Of a DNA stretch of 64,000 nucleotides, positions 37,754 to 48,751 are shown piece by piece. Source of the stretch: an uncultured Alphaproteobacteria bacterium (GTDB lineage: Bacteria; Pseudomonadota; Alphaproteobacteria; Rhodobacterales; Rhodobacteraceae). Numbering within the stretch: the stretch's first letter is position 1; each line of letters opens with the position of its first letter. The notes beneath the pieces were generated by a model. That model was not told the DNA's origin. It ran no database searches and saw only the letters and a list, made by a program, of their open reading frames with translations. A program made the position numbers and the translations under genes. The stretch spans positions 34,981 to 98,980 of the forward strand of contig CAWHJL010000014.1 in NCBI GenBank assembly GCA_963829665.1, in the 5' to 3' direction.

Positions 37754-38787
37754 CCGACGAGGAGCTCGAGGAAGCGGTCGGAATTCTCGCGCGTGGCCGA
37801 CCAGTCGCAGACGAGACGCGCGCGAACGGGCTCCTCCTCCGGCCCGTCCAGCGCGCCGAGCGTGTAGAACTGCGCGCCCTGTTCCTTCAGGCGCCGATGC
37901 GCCCCGCGGGCAAATTCCGCATAGACGATGTTGGCATCCGCGCGGTGGAGAACGCGGACCCCCGGGGTGCGCCGGAGGCCCTCGACCAGATACGCGCAGG
38001 CGGCGTTCGCCTGCCCGGCCATGTCCAGCCAGAGATCGTTCTCGAGATAGGCCTCCATCTGCGCGCTGAGGAAGCGGTGCTTGGAAAAGAGATGGCCCGC
38101 GCGCTTCCGCCGCAGTTCGAATTCCCAGGCGAGATCGGGGTCGAAGATCACCGCCGCCTCGACACCCAGCAAACCGTTCTTCGTGCCGCCGAAACTCAGG
38201 GCATCGACGTTCCGCGTCAGGTCGGCCGCGGAACAGCCGAGCGCGGCGAGAGCGTTTGCGAATCGTGCGCCGTCGAGATGCACGGCAAGCCCGTGTTCCT
38301 TCGCGATCCCGGTAACCTCCTGGAGCCGGTCGAGCGGATAGACGCTCCCGCGCTCGGTCACCGTCGTCACCGAGAGCGGCCCGCGCTGGACGCCGTGGAC
38401 GACCCCGTCGTGGGTCCTCTCGATCTTCGCGCGGAGCGCATCTGCGTCGATCATCGCATCCGGCGCATCGACGAGGGAGAGGCGCGCACCGCCGGTGAAG
38501 AATTCCGGTCCGCCGCACTCGTCCTCCTCGATATGCGCGACCTCGGAGCAAAAGATCGCCTGCCACGGTTTCGCCATCGTGGCGAGCAGGAGACAGTTCG
38601 TCGCCGTCCCCGTGGCGACGAGATAGATCGCCGCCTGCGGCGCCTCGAATATTTCCCGGAGCCGCGAGCGCACCCGCTCCGTCGCGGCCTCGACGCCGTA
38701 GGGCATCGCATAGCCCTCGTTCGCGCGGAAGAGCGCCTCCATCACCTTCGGATGCGCGGGGCCGGAATTGTCCGAGGCGAAATGCAT
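37750..38787 (-). CDS. ltaE: low-specificity L-threonine aldolase (PLP-dependent)
   Basis: MHFASDN... start. TGTATNCLLLA. FGGTKNG with the PLP lysine context. Confidence 0.85.
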   Translation of the reverse strand: MHFASDNSGPAHPKVMEALFRANEGYAMPYGVEAATERVRSRLREIFEAPQAAIYLVATGTATNCLLLATMAKPWQAIFCSEVAHIEEDECGGPEFFTGGARLSLVDAPDAMIDADALRAKIERTHDGVVHGVQRGPLSVTTVTERGSVYPLDRLQEVTGIAKEHGLAVHLDGARFANALAALGCSAADLTRNVDALSFGGTKNGLLGVEAAVIFDPDLAWEFELRRKRAGHLFSKHRFLSAQMEAYLENDLWLDMAGQANAACAYLVEGLRRTPGVRVLHRADANIVYAEFARGAHRRLKEQGAQFYTLGALDGPEEEPVRARLVCDWSATRENSDRFLELLVG

Positions 38788-38788
38788 G

Positions 38789-39259
38789 TCAGGTCGGCTC
38801 CTCGATGATGTGCTCCTCCCAATCCTCCTCATCCACCTCGAATTCCGGAACGGTCAGCCCGCGGGCGGAAATCCCGGCCTCGTGGACGCTCTCGGGATCC
38901 CCCGAGAGTAGCGGATGCCAGGGATGGAGTCCGCGCCCCTCGTGCAGGAGGCGGTAGGCGCAGGTCTGCGGCAGCCAGTAGGCGATCTTCGGCAGGGCGT
39001 CCGCGGTCAGGACGACGCATTCGGGAACGAACTGGCGGCGGATCTCGTACTGGCCGCACCGGCACGACCCGTCGTCGAAGAGCCGGCAGGCAACACGTGT
39101 CAAGGCGATCTCCCCGGTATCCTCGTCCTCGAGCTTGTTGAGGCAGCACTTGCCGCAGCCGTCGCAGAGCGCCTCCCATTCGGCGTTCGAGAGATCCTCG
39201 AGCGGATAGCGCTCCCAGAACCGGGGCCGGCCCACCGATCTGCGAATGGGATCGTGCAT
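38789..39259 (-). CDS. ycgN: YcgN/UPF0260 family cysteine-cluster protein
   Basis: FWERYPLEDLSNAEWEALCDGCGKCCLNKLEDEDTGE...CRLFD...CRCGQY. Confidence 0.85.
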   Translation of the reverse strand: MHDPIRRSVGRPRFWERYPLEDLSNAEWEALCDGCGKCCLNKLEDEDTGEIALTRVACRLFDDGSCRCGQYEIRRQFVPECVVLTADALPKIAYWLPQTCAYRLLHEGRGLHPWHPLLSGDPESVHEAGISARGLTVPEFEVDEEDWEEHIIEEPT

Positions 39260-39361
39260 GATGCCCTCCGGTCCGGACGGGGTGTCACGCCGCGCGCATG
39301 GTCGCCGCTTGCCGTCGTCTTGCCCCCCGGACCGTGCCGTTAGGCCCGGCCTCCGAGACTG

Positions 39362-40303
39362 TCAATCGTAACCGGCAAGCGTCTCGCGGGCCTGCCGCGC
39401 GTCCTGGTCCATCTGTGCGACCAGGGCATTCACGCTGTCGAAGCTCTGCTCCCCCCGCAGGAACGAGACCAGGCCGACAGAGAGATCGGCGCCGTAGAGG
39501 TCCCCCGAGAAATCGAACAGATAGGTCTCGAGATTGGGCTGGCTCCCCCCGAACATCGGCCGGACCCCGAGCGAGGCGACGCCTTTTCTGCGCCCCGCAT
39601 GGGGACCGGTCAGCACGTCGATTGTGACGGCGTAGACGCCGAATTTCGGCAGGTGCAACCCTTCGAGCGACATGTTGGCGGTCGGGTAGCCGAGCCCGCG
39701 TCCCCGCCGCTCGCCGGCGACGACCGGTCCGTCGATGCGATGGAGATGGCCGAGCATGGCGGCGGCCAGGCCGGGATCGCCGTCCGACAGGGCGCGGCGG
39801 ATGCGGGTCGAGGAGACTTCGAGCCCGTCCTCCTGCAGCAGGTCTGCGGCGGTGACCCCGAACCCGAACCTTTCCCCGAAGGCCGCGAGAGCCGCCGCAT
39901 CGCCGGCGCGATTCCTGCCGAAGCGGAAATCGGCCCCGACGACCACATGCACGAGACCGAGTCCCTCACGCAGCACGTCGCGCGCGAAGCTTTCCGGGGT
40001 GAGCGCCACGAGCGAGGCGTCGAACGGGAGTTCGTAGAGCCGCTCGACGCCGAGCCGGTCCAGCCGATGCGCGCGCGTCTCGGCATTCATGAGCCGGAAC
40101 GGCGCCGCGTCCGGGGCGAAGAACTGGCGCGGATGGGGTTCGAAGGTCACCACGCCGAGCGGTGCACCGACGGACCGCGCCTCGCTGCGCGCGATTTCGA
40201 GCACCTTCTGGTGCCCGAGATGGACGCCGTCGAAATTGCCGATCGCGGCGGAGGCGCCCCGATCAGTGGCATCGAGGCCGTGATACTTGCGCGCGATCCG
40301 CAT
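39362..40303 (-). CDS. ribF: bifunctional riboflavin kinase / FMN adenylyltransferase
   Basis: GNFDGVHLGHQ, GYPTANM, and a C-terminal riboflavin kinase domain (LETYLFDF..DLYG). Confidence 0.92.
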   Translation of the reverse strand: MRIARKYHGLDATDRGASAAIGNFDGVHLGHQKVLEIARSEARSVGAPLGVVTFEPHPRQFFAPDAAPFRLMNAETRAHRLDRLGVERLYELPFDASLVALTPESFARDVLREGLGLVHVVVGADFRFGRNRAGDAAALAAFGERFGFGVTAADLLQEDGLEVSSTRIRRALSDGDPGLAAAMLGHLHRIDGPVVAGERRGRGLGYPTANMSLEGLHLPKFGVYAVTIDVLTGPHAGRRKGVASLGVRPMFGGSQPNLETYLFDFSGDLYGADLSVGLVSFLRGEQSFDSVNALVAQMDQDARQARETLAGYD

Positions 40304-40346
40304 GCGCGCCGGATAGCCGCCGCTCCGTCCGGTCGCAAGCCTCGGC

Positions 40347-40793
40347 TCAGCTCTCCCTGCGTGAGGGCGCGAGGACCAGCGCCTCGCCACGAAGCGCGAC
40401 CGTCTCGCCCACCAGGCAGCGCGTCGCCAGGGTGACCCGCCGTTTACGGATGTCGATGTTCATCACCTCGACTTCCGCCCTCACCGTGTCGCCGGGCCGG
40501 ACCGGAGCGAGGAAGGCCATGTTCTGCCGCAGGTAGACCGTGCCATGTCCGGGAAGGCGCTCGCCGATGACGGCGGAAATCAGCGCCGCGGTCAGCATCC
40601 CGTGGGCGATGCGGCCCTTGAATATGGTTTCTTCGGCGTATGCGTCGTTCAGATGGACGGGGTTGCGATCGGTGGAGACCTCGGCGAAGAGTTCGATGTC
40701 CCGGTCCGTCACCGTCTTCTCGATGTGACGGCTGAGGCCGATCTCCATGTCCTCGATATAGATCGGGCCCGTTCCTGCCGTGGTATCGAGCAT
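40347..40793 (-). CDS. MaoC-like (R)-specific enoyl-CoA hydratase/dehydratase, single hot-dog domain
   Basis: GGAGG RBS. DRNPVHLNDAYAEETIFKGRIAHGML hydratase 2 motif. Confidence 0.85.
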   Translation of the reverse strand: MLDTTAGTGPIYIEDMEIGLSRHIEKTVTDRDIELFAEVSTDRNPVHLNDAYAEETIFKGRIAHGMLTAALISAVIGERLPGHGTVYLRQNMAFLAPVRPGDTVRAEVEVMNIDIRKRRVTLATRCLVGETVALRGEALVLAPSRRES

Positions 40794-40978
40794 GGCCGCC
40801 TCCGTCGGTAACATTCTTGCGCGAAAGATAAGTAGCCTTTATCCTCTCTCTCGGCAAGGAAATTACTTCGCAAACGCAGAATGCCGCCTCCGACCTTCGT
40901 CGCGGTGCGGGGTGTGCCCGGCCGGGGCGCCGCCCGCCGCCTCGACTTACGGTTGCGTTCAGCGGGCCGCGCGGTCCG

Positions 40979-41854
40979 TCAGCGCAGGAAGCCGATGCTG
41001 TAGCGTGGATCGAGGCCTTCGGCGGCGAGGAAGGCCTCGAGCGCTTCCCGGTCCGGCTGGTTCTGCGTCCCCGTCTCGGCTGCCGCGAGGCCGCCGGTCA
41101 CGAAGAGGACGTCGAGCCCCTCGCCGAGCGCCCCCTTGACGTCCGTCCGGATGCCGTCGCCGACGGCGAGGATCCGGTCTGGTTCGATGTCGCCGCCTCC
41201 GGCTTCGGCAAGCCGGCGACGTGCCATGTCGTAGATGGGCGGATGAGGCTTTCCGAAGGCGAAGACCCGGCCGCCCATCTCCTCGTAGAGTTGCGCCACG
41301 GCGCCGCCGCACCATTCGCGCTCGCCTCCCCGGTCGACCACGACATCGGGATTCGCGTTCAGGAGCGGAAGACCGCGGACCTTGGCGGACAAAAGGTCGG
41401 GGCGCAGGACGGAGGGATCGGCCTTCGGGTCGAACGGCCCCGTGCAGACGATGCCCTCCGCGTCAACGAGCGGCACGCGGACGACCTCGACCGGGGCCTC
41501 GACGATCGCCAGCGGTTCGAAGAAGACATCGTCGCGCGACTCGCCGATATGGTAGACGCGGCGGCCGACCGCGCCCGTGAACATCGCCTGCCGGGCGGCG
41601 TCGCCCGAGGTCGCGATCGTGTCCCAGGCGGCTTCCGGCACCCCCAGCTTCGCGATCTGCTCGGCGATCTGCGCGCGCGGGCGCGGCGCGTTGGTTAGGA
41701 GGACCACCATGCCGCCTTTCTGCCGGAACGCGACGAGCGCATCGACGGCCTCCGGCAGCGCCCGCACGCCGTCGTGCAGACACCCCCAGAGGTCGCAATA
41801 GAGCGCGTCGTATCGATCGGCGATATCGCTCAGGGCGGGGATGATCCGGGTCAT
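40979..41854 (-). CDS. HAD-superfamily subfamily IIA hydrolase (TIGR01459-like)
   Basis: Starts at MTRIIPAL; the upstream part of the 370-aa ORF is spurious. YCDLWGCLHDG motif I, LLTNAPR, GKPHPPIY, VGDGIRTDVKGA. Confidence 0.8.
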   Translation of the reverse strand: MTRIIPALSDIADRYDALYCDLWGCLHDGVRALPEAVDALVAFRQKGGMVVLLTNAPRPRAQIAEQIAKLGVPEAAWDTIATSGDAARQAMFTGAVGRRVYHIGESRDDVFFEPLAIVEAPVEVVRVPLVDAEGIVCTGPFDPKADPSVLRPDLLSAKVRGLPLLNANPDVVVDRGGEREWCGGAVAQLYEEMGGRVFAFGKPHPPIYDMARRRLAEAGGGDIEPDRILAVGDGIRTDVKGALGEGLDVLFVTGGLAAAETGTQNQPDREALEAFLAAEGLDPRYSIGFLR

Positions 41855-41873
41855 CGGAGACCTTTCGGGTGAG

Positions 41874-42800
41874 TCAGACGGCGATGTTCGGAATGATCTG
41901 CTTCTTGCGGCTGACGATGCCGGGCAGCACCACGTGGTCCTTTTCGCCGCAGACGGTGGCAAAGCTCTTCTCCGCGATCTGCCGGACATCGTCGTTCTGG
42001 ATGAGGAGCGTGGCGTTGCCCTCGAGGATGTCGATGAGGAAGAACAGGACGTGATCGACGCCGTCCTCCTGCGCCACCTTGCCCATTGCATCCATCAGCC
42101 CCGCCTTGCGCTCGAGTACGGTTTCTGGAGAGGTCGTCTCGAGAACGGAGACGCGGAACTTCCTGCCTCCGGTTTCGTGGGTCTTCGAATCCATCCGAAG
42201 AAGCTCCTCGTCCGAGAAATCGGACACGTCGGACTTCGCGGCGAACATCTCCGCCGCGTAGGCGGGAATCTGCAGGCCCAGATCCTCGGCGAGGCCCTCG
42301 GCGATCTTGCGGTCGTGGTCGGTCGTCGTGGGGGAGCGGAATTCCAGGGTGTCGGAGAGGATGCAGCTCAGCATCGCGCCCTTGATCGCTTCTGGCATCT
42401 TCGCCACGTCCTCGGGGCCGATCAGGTCGTGCATGATGGTCGCGGTGCAGGCCAGGGGCCGGATCGTCACCGCGATCGGCGTCTTCGTCTGCAATCCGCC
42501 GACGAGGCGGTGGTGATCGATGATCCGCCGGATATCTGCCTGGCCGATGGTCTCGGGCAATTCGCCGGGATTGTTCGTGTCGACGATCACGACCTCCTGC
42601 CCCTCCTCGACGCTGTCGATGATCCGGGGCTTCTCGAGATCCCATCGGTCGAGGACCCAGGCAGCCTCGGTGTTCGGCTCGCCGAGGAGCACGGCTTCGG
42701 CCGTGTGACCTTTCACCTCGTTGAGATACCAGGCCCAGACGATGGGGGAGCCGGTGGAGTCGGTGTCGGGCGACTTGTGCCCGAAGACGAGGGTGGTCAT
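41874..42800 (-). CDS. ppaC: family II (Mn-dependent, DHH/DHHA2) inorganic pyrophosphatase
   Basis: Start at MTTLVFGHKSPDTDS. Motifs VDTNN and IIDHH. DHHA2 C-terminus. Confidence 0.9.
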   Translation of the reverse strand: MTTLVFGHKSPDTDSTGSPIVWAWYLNEVKGHTAEAVLLGEPNTEAAWVLDRWDLEKPRIIDSVEEGQEVVIVDTNNPGELPETIGQADIRRIIDHHRLVGGLQTKTPIAVTIRPLACTATIMHDLIGPEDVAKMPEAIKGAMLSCILSDTLEFRSPTTTDHDRKIAEGLAEDLGLQIPAYAAEMFAAKSDVSDFSDEELLRMDSKTHETGGRKFRVSVLETTSPETVLERKAGLMDAMGKVAQEDGVDHVLFFLIDILEGNATLLIQNDDVRQIAEKSFATVCGEKDHVVLPGIVSRKKQIIPNIAV

Positions 42801-42964
42801 GGCGGGTATCCCTTGCGTCAGCCAGAAACGATCGCGGCGCTGTATAGGAGGGCGGGTCGCCGATGTCACGCGCTGCCGGTCCGTCCGGCCGGAGCGTCCG
42901 GGACCGGCCCTGCCGGTCGGCCGGAACCCGCTCACGGCAGCGTGAGATCGGTCCGCGAATGCCG

Positions 42965-42993
42965 TTGACACTCAAGTCGCAGCTACCTATTTG
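42965..42993 (+). promoter_or_regulatory. groESL promoter (TTGACA-N17-TATTTG; the -10 region also reads CCTATTT, resembling the alphaproteobacterial RpoH -10)
   Basis: Hexamers read directly, positioned just upstream of the CIRCE element. Confidence 0.5.
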
Positions 42994-43000
42994 CGCATTG

Positions 43001-43027
43001 TTGGCACTCGATGGTGGTGAGTGCCAG
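43001..43027. promoter_or_regulatory. CIRCE operator (HrcA binding site)
   Basis: TTGGCACTC-N9-GAGTGCCAG versus the consensus TTAGCACTC-N9-GAGTGCTAA, 37 bp upstream of the groES ATG. Confidence 0.85.
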
Positions 43028-43063
43028 AACCAGCGACAACATTGAACCGAGGAGCGTTCAGCG

Positions 43064-43375
43064 ATGGCTTTCACCCCCCTTCACGACCGTGTGCTGGTCC
43101 GCCGCGTCGAATCCGACGAGAAGACCAAGGGCGGTCTGATCATCCCAGACAGCGCGAAGGAGAAACCCCAGGAAGGCGTCGTCGTGTCCGTGGGCGAGGG
43201 CGCCCGCAAGGAATCCGGCGAACTGATCCCGATGGCCGTGAAGGCCGACGATCACATCCTGTTCGGCAAGTGGTCGGGCACCGAGGTGACGATCGACGGC
43301 GAGGAGCTGCTGATCATGAAGGAGTCCGACATCCTTGGCGTGATCTCCGGCACGGCCCAGGCCAAGGCCGCCTGA
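43064..43375 (+). CDS. groES: co-chaperonin GroES
   Basis: [33 protein letters not shown]... Confidence 0.97.
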   Translation: MAFTPLHDRVLVRRVESDEKTKGGLIIPDSAKEKPQEGVVVSVGEGARKESGELIPMAVKADDHILFGKWSGTEVTIDGEELLIMKESDILGVISGTAQAKAA

Positions 43376-43410
43376 ACGGCGCACTCGCCGACAACAATAC
43401 CAACATCTGA

Positions 43411-45072
<1,662 letters not shown>

Positions 45073-45095
45073 TCTGCCGGTCATCCGACCGATCG

Positions 45096-45126
45096 GGGGC
45101 GTCCTTCGGGGCGCCCCTTTTCGTTT
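45096..45126 (+). terminator. rho-independent terminator of groESL
   Basis: GGGGCGTCC-TTCG-GGGCGCCCC (9-bp stem with one G-U pair and a TTCG tetraloop), followed by TTTTCGTTT. Confidence 0.85.
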
Positions 45127-45280
45127 CCCGCGCCGCTTCGCGCCGGGCAAGCCAGATCATCGTCGCATTCTCTCCGGCCGCTTCGTCCTTGCCTTCCGGG
45201 CGTGTGGCTCCGACTCTCCGGCGCGGGAGCGGGAGGAGCGTGCGCATGCGGCCACAACAAGCAATCCGACAAGTCGGCGG

Positions 45281-46120
45281 ATGAGGCTCCTCGCCATCAC
45301 GGCCGTCGTTATGGTCGCGTTCGCGGCGAATTCGATCCTGAACCGAGCGGCGCTTGCCGGCGATCATATCGGCTCGCTGGACTTCGCCCTCGTGAGGGTC
45401 GCGGCCGGTGCGGCGATGCTGGGGCTCCTCGCCAGCCGCAGGGGCGGTCGCCGCTGGCTCGGCGCGTTCCGCTCCGTCAACATCGGGGCGCTGACGGTCT
45501 ATGTCCTGGGCTTTTCGCTTGCCTATCTCGCACTTCCCGCCGGGGCAGGCGCGCTGATCCTCTTCGCGGCGGTCCAGATCACCATGTTCGGCGGCGCGGT
45601 CCTGGGCGACGAACAAATTCCGGGCCGTCGCTGGGTCGGCGCGGCGCTTGCTCTGCTCGGATTGGCCTGGATGCTGCTTCCCGGCACGAACGGCCTGCCC
45701 GTCGCGTCCGGTCTGCTGATGGCGCTGGCGGGGGCCGGCTGGGGCGTCTATTCACTCCGCGGGCGGGCCGGCGGTCCGCCCCTCGACACGACGGCGGCGA
45801 GCTTTCTCGGCGCCGCGCCCTTCGCCCTCGCGGCCCGCCTTCTCTTCCCGGCCGGCGAGACGGCGATCGACGCGGCCGGACTCGCGCTCGGCATCCTGTC
45901 CGGCGCGGTCACCTCCGGGCTCGGATACGCGCTCTGGTACAGCGTGATGCCGTCCCTCGGCGCCGCCCGCGCGGCGGTCGCGCAACTCACGGTCCCGGTG
46001 ATCGCGGTCGGTGCCGGGGTCCTGCTGCTCGGCGAGTCGGTGACGCCGCGGCTGATCCTGTCCTGTCTGCTCGTGATCGGCGGCGTCGGTCTCGGCCTCG
46101 CCCCGTCGTTCCGCCGCTAG
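45281..46120 (+). CDS. EamA/DMT-family transporter
   Basis: Ten hydrophobic segments. N-terminus resembles FAANSILNRAAL. Confidence 0.8.
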   Translation: MRLLAITAVVMVAFAANSILNRAALAGDHIGSLDFALVRVAAGAAMLGLLASRRGGRRWLGAFRSVNIGALTVYVLGFSLAYLALPAGAGALILFAAVQITMFGGAVLGDEQIPGRRWVGAALALLGLAWMLLPGTNGLPVASGLLMALAGAGWGVYSLRGRAGGPPLDTTAASFLGAAPFALAARLLFPAGETAIDAAGLALGILSGAVTSGLGYALWYSVMPSLGAARAAVAQLTVPVIAVGAGVLLLGESVTPRLILSCLLVIGGVGLGLAPSFRR

Positions 46121-47181
46121 CGCCGGCGGTTCACATGTCCCATCTTTCGTCCCGGACGGGTCTCGGCCTTGCCGTATAGATGCAGCGCGGTCATGGGCTC
46201 GGCGGCGAGCTCGGGCACCCGCGCCACGTCGTCGCCGATCAGGTTCTGCATGACGATGTCCGAATGGCGCTCCGCGTCGCCGAGTGGCCAGCCGGCCACG
46301 GCGCGGACATGCTGCTCGAACTGGTCGATGAGGCACCCGTTCTGCGTCCAGTGCCCGGAATTGTGAACCCTCGGCGCGATCTCGTTCACCACGAGGCCAC
46401 CCTCGGTCACGAAAAGCTCGACGCCGATCACGCCGACATAATCGAGCGCGTTGAGGATCTGCGCGGCGATCAGCACCGCGTCCGTCCTCAGCGAATGCGA
46501 CAGGTCGGCCGGAACCCGCGTCTCGCGGAGGATGCCGCCCTCGTGACGGTTCTCGCCGGGGTCGAAGCAGGCGACCCGGCCGTCGAGCGCGCGCGAGCCG
46601 ATGACCGAGATCTCGCGGTCGAACGGCACGACCCCCTCGAGGATCGCCGGCGCGCCATCGAGCGCCGCGAGGGCCTCCGCGGCCGCGCTTTCCGTCCCGA
46701 TACCGACCTGTCCCTTGCCATCGTAGCCGAAGCGGCGCGTCTTCAGGATCGCCGGGGATCCGATCCGGGCCAGCGCATCGGCGAGGCTCGGCGCGTCCTC
46801 GACCGGCGCGAAGGGCGCGACCGCCAGGCCGAGCCCCGCGAGCCAGGTCTTCTCGGTCAGCCGGTCCTGGCTGATCCGCAGCACCTCCCGTCCGGGGCGA
46901 ATCGGGCGATGCGCCTCGAGGATGTCGAGCGCGGCGGTGGGCACGTTCTCGAATTCGTAGGTGATAACGGCGCAGCCCTGCGCGAAGGCGACGAGCGCCG
47001 CCTCGTCGTCGTAGCCGGCCGTGGTGGTGCGCCGCGCGACCTCGCCCGCCGGCGGCGCGGCCCCCGGATCGAAGACATGGACGTGCAGGCCGAGCCGCGC
47101 CGCCGCAACGGCAAGCATCCGTCCGAGCTGCCCACCGCCCAGGATGCCGATCGTGCTGCCCGGTGCGAGCGGCTCAGTCAT
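46117..47181 (-). CDS. purK: N5-carboxyaminoimidazole ribonucleotide synthase
   Basis: [13 protein letters not shown] and an ATP-grasp domain. The start overlaps the purE stop by 8 nt. Confidence 0.92.
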   Translation of the reverse strand: MTEPLAPGSTIGILGGGQLGRMLAVAAARLGLHVHVFDPGAAPPAGEVARRTTTAGYDDEAALVAFAQGCAVITYEFENVPTAALDILEAHRPIRPGREVLRISQDRLTEKTWLAGLGLAVAPFAPVEDAPSLADALARIGSPAILKTRRFGYDGKGQVGIGTESAAAEALAALDGAPAILEGVVPFDREISVIGSRALDGRVACFDPGENRHEGGILRETRVPADLSHSLRTDAVLIAAQILNALDYVGVIGVELFVTEGGLVVNEIAPRVHNSGHWTQNGCLIDQFEQHVRAVAGWPLGDAERHSDIVMQNLIGDDVARVPELAAEPMTALHLYGKAETRPGRKMGHVNRRR

Positions 47182-47656
47182 CGCGCGGTTCCTCGGGAAT
47201 CGAGTCCGAGAGCGCGGCGCGCCACGCCTCGAGCCGGCCGGCGACCTCCTCGTTCGAGACGGCGAGAATGGCGGCGGCCATGAGCCCCGCATTGGCGGCG
47301 CCGGAGGCGCCGATCGCCATGGTCGCGACCGGATACCCCTTCGGCATCTGGACGATGGAGTAGAGACTGTCGAGGCCCGCCAGCGCCCGTGTCTGGACGG
47401 GGACCCCGATCACCGGCAGCCTGGTCTTGGAGGCCATCATGCCGGGCAGGTGCGCGGCCCCGCCGGCGCCGGCGACGATCACCTTCAGCCCCCGTGCGAC
47501 GGCGGTCCGGCCGTATTCCCAGAGCCGGTCCGGCGTCCGGTGGGCGGAGACGATCCGCGCCTCGTAGTCGAGGCCGAGCTCGTCGAGGACGGTCGCCGCC
47601 TCCCTGAGCACCGGCCAGTCGGACTGGCTGCCCATGATGATGCCGATATCGGCCAT
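47174..47656 (-). CDS. purE: N5-carboxyaminoimidazole ribonucleotide mutase
   Basis: [25 protein letters not shown]. Confidence 0.92.
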   Translation of the reverse strand: MADIGIIMGSQSDWPVLREAATVLDELGLDYEARIVSAHRTPDRLWEYGRTAVARGLKVIVAGAGGAAHLPGMMASKTRLPVIGVPVQTRALAGLDSLYSIVQMPKGYPVATMAIGASGAANAGLMAAAILAVSNEEVAGRLEAWRAALSDSIPEEPRDD

Positions 47657-47719
47657 GTCTCGTCCTCGCCAGCGAACGCGTGCGACCATAACAGCCGGCG
47701 CGGGAGGGGCAATGCGCCC

Positions 47720-47953
47720 TCAGGCGATGATGTCGGGGAGGAGCCGGTCCTCGATATCGGCGATCCGGTCCTTCAGGGCGAGCTTCCGCCGCTTCAGCCG
47801 CTGCAGCGTCAGCATGTCGGCCCGGCCGCCCTCCTGCAGCGCGCGCACGGCCTCGTCGAGATCCCTGTGCTCCTGCTTCAGGACCTCGAGCTTGACGCGC
47901 AGAACCTCGACGTCCTGCATCCGGTGGGTGTCGCTCATCGAGCCGTCTTCCAT
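47720..47953 (-). CDS. DUF465 (YdcH-like) small coiled-coil protein
   Basis: LKQEHRDLDEAV...LQRLKRRKLALKDRIADIE pattern. The start (47953 or 47938) is uncertain. Confidence 0.7.
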   Translation of the reverse strand: MEDGSMSDTHRMQDVEVLRVKLEVLKQEHRDLDEAVRALQEGGRADMLTLQRLKRRKLALKDRIADIEDRLLPDIIA

Positions 47954-47997
47954 GGCCTCAGGATCGCATCCGCGAGGCCGGCGGGCAAGGGGCAGGT

Positions 47998-48026
47998 CTT
48001 GTGCCGTAGCGTGACGCCCCCCATAT
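47998..48026 (+). promoter_or_regulatory. sigma-32 (RpoH)-type heat-shock promoter for hsp20
   Basis: CTTGTG-N15-CCCCATAT versus the consensus CTTGAA-N13-17-CCCCATNT, 73 bp upstream of the hsp20 ATG. Confidence 0.6.
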
Positions 48027-48074
48027 TTGTGACGCGCGGCGGTCGCCCGGCTGCGGGGGTCGCTGCAGAGCACA

Positions 48075-48092
48075 GTCGCTTTGCAAAAGGAC
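48075..48092 (+). ncRNA. ROSE-like RNA-thermometer hairpin masking the hsp20 Shine-Dalgarno (cis-regulatory 5' UTR element)
   Basis: GUCGCUUU-GCA-AAAGGAC. The UCGCU motif (ROSE anti-SD consensus U(U/C)GCU) pairs with AGGA (48088-48091), leaving G48078 bulged. ATG is 7 nt downstream. Confidence 0.35.
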
Positions 48093-48098
48093 GTGTCG

Positions 48099-48524
48099 AT
48101 GACGAAACTTGCTCTGGGAGCACATCCGTTCCTGCTCGGGTTCGACGAGCTGGAGCGTCTGGTCGAGCGGACCGCCAAGACGGATTCCGGCGGCTACCCT
48201 CCGTACAATATCGAACAGGTCGGGGAGAGCTCCTACAGGATCACCCTCGCCGTGGCCGGGTTCGCGGAGGCCGATCTGTCGATCACCGTCGAGGACAAGC
48301 AACTCGTCGTGCGCGGACGGCAGGCCGAACCGGACGAGAGCCGCCTGTTCCTCCACCGCGGCATCGCCGCGCGCCAGTTCCAGCGGACCTTCGTGCTGGC
48401 CGACGGCGTCGAGGTGACCGGAGCCCGGATGGAGAACGGTCTTCTCCACGTGGATCTCACCCGCGCCCTGCCCGAAGCGGTGGTCCGCACCATCCGTATC
48501 TCTTCTGATGGGAAAGAGTCATGA
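48099..48524 (+). CDS. ibpA: small heat-shock protein (Hsp20/IbpA family)
   Basis: Alpha-crystallin domain: PPYNIEQVGESSYRITLAVAGF...LFLHRGIAARQFQRTFVLADGVEV...NGLLHVDL. Confidence 0.9.
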   Translation: MTKLALGAHPFLLGFDELERLVERTAKTDSGGYPPYNIEQVGESSYRITLAVAGFAEADLSITVEDKQLVVRGRQAEPDESRLFLHRGIAARQFQRTFVLADGVEVTGARMENGLLHVDLTRALPEAVVRTIRISSDGKES

Positions 48525-48748
48525 ACGAAGTGTATGAAAACGTCATCGAGACGCCCGAGAACATCGTCTACGTTCGGCCGGTCGCGCTGGCCGAACTGCC
48601 TGAAGAGATCCGGCAGCAGGCCGGCGGCCTGACCGAACTCTACGCGGTCCACAACGGCGAGGGCGAGCGCCTCGCGCTGGTGCGGGATCGCAAGCTGGCC
48701 TTCGTCGTCGCGCGCCAGAATCACATGGCGCCGGTCTCGGTGCACTGA
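48521..48748 (+). CDS. DUF1150 family protein
   Basis: ATGA overlap with hsp20. IVYVRPV...LYAVHNGEGERLALVRDRKLAFVVARQNHMAPVSVH pattern. Confidence 0.8.
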   Translation: MNEVYENVIETPENIVYVRPVALAELPEEIRQQAGGLTELYAVHNGEGERLALVRDRKLAFVVARQNHMAPVSVH

Positions 48749-48751
48749 AGC

